Assembly: GCA_963664295.1 (NCBI GenBank)
Contig: OY760935.1
Location: 736,001 to 800,000 of the forward strand
Length of the DNA stretch: 64,000 nucleotides
DNA from: Candidatus Altimarinota bacterium
GTDB taxonomy: Bacteria > Patescibacteriota > Gracilibacteria > CAIRYL01 > GCA-016699755
Reading direction: 5' to 3'
Under the pieces are notes generated by a model. It ran no database searches. It was not told where the DNA came from and saw only the letters and a program-made list of their open reading frames with translations. Positions 57,578-64,000 of the stretch are shown here, one piece after another; the stretch's first letter is position 1, and each line of letters starts with the position of its first letter. The position numbers were made by a program, and so were the translations under genes.

Positions 57578-59353
57578 TTAGCTTGCCTCAAGTAATGCTT
57601 TTTGTCTTTCTATTCTAGTTATTTCTACAATTTTTTCAACCACCATTCTGCGTAAATGAACTGGAACTTCTCCTTTTAATTCTTTTAATGTTTCCAATGA
57701 AGAAACATCATTTGGAATGTCTTGTAAAACTTGTCTTAAAGCATTTTCCTGACCTTTGTCAGTGCTATAAATATTAACTTTTTCAACAAAAGCTTCTGTT
57801 GTTTTCTTTTCTACTGGCTGACTACCAGGAAAACCAGCACGAACAGGCAAAGAAGCTTCCACTACTTCCGAAATAAGCTCATCTTCTGCCTCTTCTGCTA
57901 CCTTGCTAGCAGGTAATATTTCTTCTTGTAATTCTGATAATATCTCCAACTCTTCTGATTTTTGATCCAACATTTCTGCTCTAATTTCTGGATCAAGCAC
58001 AATTTCTTCTTCAGACAAAGCCTGCAGTTCTTCAGTAAAAGTTTCCAAATGAGCCTCTGCCATACCTCTATTGTCAGTAGAGGCAAGACTATGAACTTCC
58101 CATAAAGTTTCTTTTGTTGCTCTTGCTTTTACTGCCACAGGATCAGTAGAAAAATTTTCCAAAGCTTCTTCTATGGCTTTTTTAGCAGGAAAAAATTCAT
58201 CGTTCGGAGTAGAAAACTGCAAATATTTTTTACCTTTTTGTAGCTCAAGCTCAACAACAGTAAGCAAACTAGGATCAAGCTCAACTGCTTTATTTAAATT
58301 ACTAAAAAAATTATCAAAATCTTGTTCTGATTTTTCTATTTCACCTTTTTTAATTGCCAATAAGGCTTCATAAAAATCTCTTTTAGCTAGCGCTAAATAC
58401 TTTTCACCAGTCTCAGATTGAAATGTTAAAGACACATTTTCTTTTAACTTAGCAAAAGAACTTTCTAAATACTCTGTTTCTTTGTCTATAAAATTATCAA
58501 TATACTTTTGATCAAGCGCTATGTTTACTTGTACCCACTCTTCAGTCTTTTCTTCATTAGTAATTTTTTGTATTTCACCTAATCCCAAAAGAGTAGATCG
58601 CACCTCCTTGCCAGCTATCAAAATAATAGACTTACGGTTTCTTTCTCCTCTGTATGAAACCCTGGAGCTTCGCTCAAACATACGCACAATATTGATATTA
58701 CCATTTCTTTCAAGATCAAAAGCACTATTTTCTGGAGTAATCATTAAATCACCAGAATAAACTTCAATTCCTGTGTAATCACTTTTTTCACCTAATGTTT
58801 TTAGCCAAATTCGACCAAAATCAACCTCGATAGCAACAGTGCCAACATCAGAAACAATAGGATGGGGAACAAGATTTTTAATTTTTACTCTTGTGTTTGA
58901 ATCAAGCCTTAAAACCGAGTCCTCAAAAAACACAACAGAAGCAGATGAATCTTCACCAGTACGCAAAATATCACCACTACCCAAAATATCTTCAACCTCT
59001 ACAGAATAAAAATCAGAACCATTATCCGAAACCTCAACAACACCCTTAATATCTTCAATATAAGTTTTTTCACCAGCAGAAGTAGGTATAGAATATAAGA
59101 AAAAACCACCAATAAAAATTAGAAACACAGAAAGAGCACCAGTAAAAGCAAATCCTCTCATAAAACTTAACAAAGGTGCTTGTTGGGCTTTTCTTGGGTC
59201 TTTAACAGGGATAAAAGGAAAAATCTTATGAATAAGTGTTTTATTTTTTTCAAGACTTTTTAAGTAGATATTATTCTTTACTTTTTCTCGAAATTTTTGT
59301 GAAGGATTTACCCTACCTATCTGCCGTAATTTGTTTCGAAATCTTTTTTGCAT
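57578..59353 (-). CDS. FecR-domain membrane protein, putative anti-sigma factor
   Basis: TM helix, then GDILRTGEDSSASVVFFEDSVLRLDSNT (FecR-like); follows the ECF sigma. Confidence 0.8.
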   Translation of the reverse strand: MQKRFRNKLRQIGRVNPSQKFREKVKNNIYLKSLEKNKTLIHKIFPFIPVKDPRKAQQAPLLSFMRGFAFTGALSVFLIFIGGFFLYSIPTSAGEKTYIEDIKGVVEVSDNGSDFYSVEVEDILGSGDILRTGEDSSASVVFFEDSVLRLDSNTRVKIKNLVPHPIVSDVGTVAIEVDFGRIWLKTLGEKSDYTGIEVYSGDLMITPENSAFDLERNGNINIVRMFERSSRVSYRGERNRKSIILIAGKEVRSTLLGLGEIQKITNEEKTEEWVQVNIALDQKYIDNFIDKETEYLESSFAKLKENVSLTFQSETGEKYLALAKRDFYEALLAIKKGEIEKSEQDFDNFFSNLNKAVELDPSLLTVVELELQKGKKYLQFSTPNDEFFPAKKAIEEALENFSTDPVAVKARATKETLWEVHSLASTDNRGMAEAHLETFTEELQALSEEEIVLDPEIRAEMLDQKSEELEILSELQEEILPASKVAEEAEDELISEVVEASLPVRAGFPGSQPVEKKTTEAFVEKVNIYSTDKGQENALRQVLQDIPNDVSSLETLKELKGEVPVHLRRMVVEKIVEITRIERQKALLEAS

Positions 59354-59383
59354 ATTTGTCCTATTATTTAAACGAAAAAGTTG

Positions 59384-59938
59384 TTATTTTGTTTCATCTT
59401 CTGTCATAATTTCTCGAAGTCTTTTTAGCCCTCTAGAAAGCAATATTCTTGTTGCCCCTTCTGATTTCTTGAGCACAGTTGCAATTTCTTGATTAGAAAG
59501 ATCAGAAAAATAACGCAAAGAAACTGCATCAGCCTGTAAGGCAGGAATTTGTTTCAATGCTTCTAATAATTTTCTTCGCTCAAAATCTCGCTCCGCATTG
59601 CGAATAATGTCATTTTCCGCATTCTTATCAACTTCCTCATCAGAAAGTTCTAAAGTGTCTTTTCTTTTACGCCAAAAATCAGTCACTGTGTTTTTTGCTA
59701 TTTGAAAAAGCCAAGCAGAAAAAGGAATATTTTTCCTTTTTTGAAAACTTGATAAATTCTCCCATGCTTTTAAAAAAACCTCTTCTGTTAAATCTTCAGC
59801 ATCTTCTGTAGTGTCAACTCGAAAATAAACAAATCTATAAATTGAAGTTAAAAATAAATCAAAAAGCTCACCAAATGCCTCTGCATCACCATTTTGAGAT
59901 TTTAAAACTAAGCCGTCAATATTTACGCCAAAATCCAT
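59384..59938 (-). CDS. ECF RNA polymerase sigma factor
   Basis: GDAEAFGELF, AEDLTEEVFLKAW, FSAWLFQIAKN, LSNQEIA...SEGATRILLSRG. Confidence 0.94.
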   Translation of the reverse strand: MDFGVNIDGLVLKSQNGDAEAFGELFDLFLTSIYRFVYFRVDTTEDAEDLTEEVFLKAWENLSSFQKRKNIPFSAWLFQIAKNTVTDFWRKRKDTLELSDEEVDKNAENDIIRNAERDFERRKLLEALKQIPALQADAVSLRYFSDLSNQEIATVLKKSEGATRILLSRGLKRLREIMTEDETK

Positions 59939-59991
59939 AATACTTTAAACGCAAGTATTATCTTAATTTTGTCTTATAAATTCAAGCAAAA

Positions 59992-60450
59992 CTAACAAAT
60001 TCCCGCTTGCTTTTCTGCTTTTTTAGTATTAACCATAATTTGATACTCATTTTTAAAAATCTCAACAACCTTATCTAAAAAAGAAGAATTAAAAAAAGCT
60101 TTATGACTCAAAAATCCTTTTAACAAAGGCAATTCTCTTTCTGCTAAAATCGAAAATAAAAAACCTGTATCACATTGTTCACCACCATAAGTGCGATAAC
60201 AATTCACTGGCACTTCATTTATTTTGTTTAATTTTTCTTCAAAATTATTTATATATTTAAAAGCTATTTTTTTGTCTTTACAATCAGGCATCTCAGCTAA
60301 TGAATTTTTAATAAAATTCAAAAATTTTCTAGTTTTTATAAAATAATCATCTTCCACAACCCGCACCCTTTTAACAAATCTGGGCTTATCTATGCCTGCG
60401 CGCATTTGCGAAGTTATTTTTAATTGAGACTCAATAGTAAACTCAGACAT
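59992..60450 (-). CDS. Hypothetical protein
   Basis: 152-aa ORF, no recognisable motif. Confidence 0.6.
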   Translation of the reverse strand: MSEFTIESQLKITSQMRAGIDKPRFVKRVRVVEDDYFIKTRKFLNFIKNSLAEMPDCKDKKIAFKYINNFEEKLNKINEVPVNCYRTYGGEQCDTGFLFSILAERELPLLKGFLSHKAFFNSSFLDKVVEIFKNEYQIMVNTKKAEKQAGIC

Positions 60451-60550
60451 CTTTTAATAAATAAGGATATTATTTTTAAACAAAAAAAATATTTTGTCAA
60501 GGAGTTGAAAAAAAAATTAAAAAAGGGGAAACTGTTTAGGTACAAAAATT

Positions 60551-61576
60551 ATGGCAAAAGTCAGCATAAATCCAATAACGGCTCCAGCTCAAAGCAAAGA
60601 AGAAGCTCAATTTGAAACCACGCTCAGACCACAGAGTTTTGATGATTTTATTGGGCAAAAAATTCTTAAAAAAAATCTTAAAATTCTTCTTTCTGCCTCA
60701 GAAAAAAGAGGAGATAGCCCAGAACATATCTTATTACACGGCCCTCCGGGTCTAGGAAAAACCACTTTAGCAGGCATTATTGCCAAAAAAGTAAACGGAA
60801 ATTTACGCATAACCAGTGGACCTGCTGTTGAAAAAACAGGTGATATAGCAAGTTTATTAACAAATCTCGAAGCTGGAGATGTGCTTTTTATAGACGAAAT
60901 TCACAGACTTAAAACCCCAATAGAAGAAATGCTTTTCTCTGCTATGGAAGATTTTGCTATTGATTTAATGATGGGCAAAGGTGCTGGCGCAAAATCAATG
61001 CGACTTCCCCTGCCTCCCTTTACTTTAATTGGTGCAACCACTAGAATTGGTGCAATTTCATCTCCCCTGCGAGATAGATTTGGCTTTGTTTCAAAATTAG
61101 AATTCTATAAAGACGAGGACATAATGCAAATTGCCGAACGCAATGCAAAATTACTTGATATACAAATTGAAGATCCTGCAAAAAAACTATTAGCTCAATG
61201 CTCACGCAGAACACCAAGAATAGCAAATCGCTTACTAAAACGCTTAAGAGATTTTGCACATCACAAAGACACAGAAAACATTGACTTAAAAGTTGCCAAT
61301 GAAGCCTTGGAATGCCTAGGCATAGACTCAATTGGCTTAAATCAAAATGATGTTGAATTTTTATCAGTAATTATTGAAAAATTTCAAGGAGGACCAGTAG
61401 GTCTTTCTACTCTTTCCGCCGCCTTATCAGAAGAAAAAGAAACAATCGAAGAAATAATGGAACCATTTTTAATTCAGCTAGGATTTTTAGAAAGAACAGC
61501 AAAAGGCAGAGTGGCAACAGAAAGAGCCTTTGAGCACTTAGGATTAAACAAAAAAATATCCCCAAGCTTATTCTAA
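60551..61576 (+). CDS. ruvB: Holliday junction branch migration helicase RuvB
   Basis: LRPQSFDDFIGQ, GPPGLGKTT, FIDEIHRL, GATTR, PLRDRFG, TPRIANRLL. Confidence 0.98.
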   Translation: MAKVSINPITAPAQSKEEAQFETTLRPQSFDDFIGQKILKKNLKILLSASEKRGDSPEHILLHGPPGLGKTTLAGIIAKKVNGNLRITSGPAVEKTGDIASLLTNLEAGDVLFIDEIHRLKTPIEEMLFSAMEDFAIDLMMGKGAGAKSMRLPLPPFTLIGATTRIGAISSPLRDRFGFVSKLEFYKDEDIMQIAERNAKLLDIQIEDPAKKLLAQCSRRTPRIANRLLKRLRDFAHHKDTENIDLKVANEALECLGIDSIGLNQNDVEFLSVIIEKFQGGPVGLSTLSAALSEEKETIEEIMEPFLIQLGFLERTAKGRVATERAFEHLGLNKKISPSLF

Positions 61577-61588
61577 AAAAAATAAACA

Positions 61589-63091
61589 ATGAGTTTTAAA
61601 AAAATATCTTTAAAAAAAAGGCATAGAAAAAAACGCATAAAAAAGGCAATAAAAAAGTTTTTTGGCTTTTTCAAAAATCCATTCGCAAAAAAACAATCTA
61701 TTTTTAAAATTCATAAAAAGAAAAAATTGTTATCTGCGCTGGTAATAAGTCTGATGGTTGTTTTTGGTGGCATGGCAATATACAGCATGAGCAAAACTCT
61801 TTATCAAAAATTCGCTAATTTTAGCTTCAAAGATGTTATTGTGGATATAGTTGGTAAAGAGCTACCAAAAGATGAAAATGGCTACACTAATATTTTAATA
61901 ATGGGCATTGGTGGAAAATGGCACCAAGGAGGAGAATTAACAGACACTTTGATTGTTGCCTCAATTGACAAAGAAACAAATAGCGTGGTTATGCTTTCAG
62001 TTCCTCGTGATTTTTATGTAGAAACAGAGGCAACCAGTAGCAGAATTAACGAAATTTTACGCGATGCACCAAAATATTACCAAAAACAAGGTTATTCTGA
62101 TGAAAAATCTCAAGAATTAGCATTAAAAACTCTTGATAAAAAAATCACAGAACTCACAGGCTTAGAAATACATAAGTATGCCAAAATAGATTTTCAGGGT
62201 TTTGTAAAAATAATAGATGCCTTAGGCGGTATAGAAGTCGATGTTGAACGCACTATAGATGACCCTGCCTACCCAGATAATAATTGGGGCTATGAGAGAT
62301 TTTATCTTCAAGCAGGTAAGCAAAAATTAGACGGAGAAACTGCTTTAAAATACGCTCGCAGTCGTCATGATTCTTCTGATTTTGACAGAGCAAAAAGACA
62401 ACAAAAAATACTTGAAGCAATTCGTGAAAAATCTTTAAGCTTAGGCATACTCACTAGTCCTGAAAAAATTAGTAATATTTTTAATATTATTGATGAAAAT
62501 TTTACCAGCGATCTCAGCTTACAAGAACTTGTCACCTTAGCAGGCTTTGCTTCAAACTTTGATCGCAATAATATGTTTTCTCATGTTTTAAATGATGATC
62601 AATTTTCTGAAGGTGGTTTTTTAGTCACCCCCGATCGCTCTTTGTATGGCGGTGCTTTTGTTCTTGTGCCTTATTTAAATTTAGTTGAAGGTCATAAATA
62701 CGACCAAATTAAATTATTTTCTGAAATAATTTTTCAAAATCGCTACCTAAGTCTAAGTCCACCACAAATAGAAATTGCCAATGGCACAAACATAAGCGGT
62801 CTAGCCAGAGAATTAATGTATCATTTAAATCGCTATGGAATACCAATTAGCAGAATATATACCTCTGATGAAAAGCTGGAAAAAACAGTAATTATTTATA
62901 AAAAAGATAATCAAAATCAAAAAATTACCAATCTTTTACAAAAATTATTCCGTGCTGAATTAAAAGAGCAAACAAATGAAGCAATTACTGCTACAACAGA
63001 AAACACGGAACAAATCACAGAAGAAAAAGAGCCAAACATAATAACAATTATTATTGGCTCTGATTACAAAACTTTCCGAATTCCAGAATAA
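61589..63091 (+). CDS. LytR-CpsA-Psr (LCP) family protein with C-terminal LytR_C
   Basis: TDTLIV, SVPRD, DFQGF..IIDALGGI, ALKYARSR, DFDRAKRQQ; IANGTNISGLA. Confidence 0.93.
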   Translation: MSFKKISLKKRHRKKRIKKAIKKFFGFFKNPFAKKQSIFKIHKKKKLLSALVISLMVVFGGMAIYSMSKTLYQKFANFSFKDVIVDIVGKELPKDENGYTNILIMGIGGKWHQGGELTDTLIVASIDKETNSVVMLSVPRDFYVETEATSSRINEILRDAPKYYQKQGYSDEKSQELALKTLDKKITELTGLEIHKYAKIDFQGFVKIIDALGGIEVDVERTIDDPAYPDNNWGYERFYLQAGKQKLDGETALKYARSRHDSSDFDRAKRQQKILEAIREKSLSLGILTSPEKISNIFNIIDENFTSDLSLQELVTLAGFASNFDRNNMFSHVLNDDQFSEGGFLVTPDRSLYGGAFVLVPYLNLVEGHKYDQIKLFSEIIFQNRYLSLSPPQIEIANGTNISGLARELMYHLNRYGIPISRIYTSDEKLEKTVIIYKKDNQNQKITNLLQKLFRAELKEQTNEAITATTENTEQITEEKEPNIITIIIGSDYKTFRIPE

Positions 63092-63094
63092 ATA

Positions 63095-64000
63095 TTATTG
63101 ATTTTTATTAAAATCATCGCTTTCTTCTGGGGGTATCTCTTGCCAGTCGCTTTCTTCGGATTCTTCTGTTGTAGGCTTTTTTTCTGTTTGTTCTGATTTT
63201 TCTGGAACAACTTCTTCTGCAGGCTCTTCAAGAATTTCCCCCTCTTCCTCCTCCTCTTTCTCTGTTTCTTCTTTTATTTTTTCTGCTTCATCTTCTTGAG
63301 CATTATCTTCACTTTCTACTTCTGGCTTAATTTCTTCCTCTGACTTAATTTCCTCAGGCTTCTCTGGTGCTTCTGTTAAATTTTCTTCCTGAACTTCTTG
63401 TGCTTTTTCCTCTATTTTTTCTTGAGAATTATCAATAAATTCATCTTTTTTATTTTCTTCTGACAACTCTATTTCATTTTTATCTTCCTCTTGCTCCTCG
63501 TTTTTAAGCCAATCTGGTAAATCTTGCTCCATTTCTGTTTTTAAGCCAATTTTTTCTTCTGACAACTGGTCTTCAGCTTGCTCCTCTTGAGCCACTTGAT
63601 TACTATCTGGAGTTTCTACTTTTTCGCCAAAATTATTATTTGGTTGATTTTCTTTAGGTAAATCCTGATTATCTTGAACTTCTAAGTCATCATCGCCTGC
63701 TTGATTAGAATCAACTATTTGTTCCTCTACTTTTGCATCAGGAATTGCTGGTTCACTTAAAAGCACAGTCTCTTCCGGCATTTTTGAATCCTGACTAATT
63801 ATTTCTGGCTCTTTTGTTTCTTTTTCTACTTCAGGCTCAACTTTAGGTTCAACCACAGATTCCTCTTGTTTTACTTCTGGTTCTGGTGGTAAAACAAATT
63901 CATCTTCAATTTTTTCATCTTCAACTTGCTCTTCCTCTGCTTCATCTTCTTCGTGAAGCCAATCTGGAACTTCATCTTCTTTTGCGCTTTCCTCTTGAGG
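63095..64000 (-). CDS. Highly acidic low-complexity protein, 5'-truncated by the window edge
   Basis: Frame stays open to the window end; Glu-rich with recurring PDWL motifs. Confidence 0.75.
   Translation of the reverse strand, partial: PQEESAKEDEVPDWLHEEDEAEEEQVEDEKIEDEFVLPPEPEVKQEESVVEPKVEPEVEKETKEPEIISQDSKMPEETVLLSEPAIPDAKVEEQIVDSNQAGDDDLEVQDNQDLPKENQPNNNFGEKVETPDSNQVAQEEQAEDQLSEEKIGLKTEMEQDLPDWLKNEEQEEDKNEIELSEENKKDEFIDNSQEKIEEKAQEVQEENLTEAPEKPEEIKSEEEIKPEVESEDNAQEDEAEKIKEETEKEEEEEGEILEEPAEEVVPEKSEQTEKKPTTEESEESDWQEIPPEESDDFNKNQ

Noticed and set aside
1-64000. Alternative genetic code (UGA=Gly) expected for some Gracilibacteria
   Set aside because: Conserved genes are full length under code 11, and TGA terminates recA and gmk at the expected positions

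Overview
AT-rich bacterial chromosome segment in the standard genetic code (recA and gmk end in TGA). Gene content points to a Patescibacteria/CPR organism, probably Peregrinibacteria-like; this is an inference from the VirD4/DUF87-like ATPase, class I LysRS, Elp3, SLH/PKD/GLUG surface proteins and many orphan ORFs. It is mostly housekeeping and envelope genes: fba, aroE, recA, def, pflB, purT, ribH, dnaJ, nrdR, an aroA-aroK fusion, gmk, map, wecB, class I lysS, elp3, ruvB, an LCP protein and two ECF sigma/anti-sigma pairs. RNA genes are tmRNA, RNase P RNA, tRNA-Arg(TCT) and tRNA-Gln(CTG). The most interesting signals are non-coding. tmRNA and RNase P RNA share an identical 15-nt boxA-like leader. 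A related leader, preceded by a near-consensus sigma70 promoter, marks two unannotated, structured loci with no credible ORF (about 20370-21100, ending in a 3x repeat array, and about 42620-43190); both are candidate novel large ncRNAs. Also present: two dRS3/REP-like palindrome mosaics flanking orphan genes, a 2-copy ~220-bp dispersed repeat, tRNA 3'-end duplications (one bounding a single-gene TIR/NDT-like islet), and an 875-aa protein with a divergent RelA/SpoT-like domain. All calls come from reading the sequence by eye; no database search or folding program was run.
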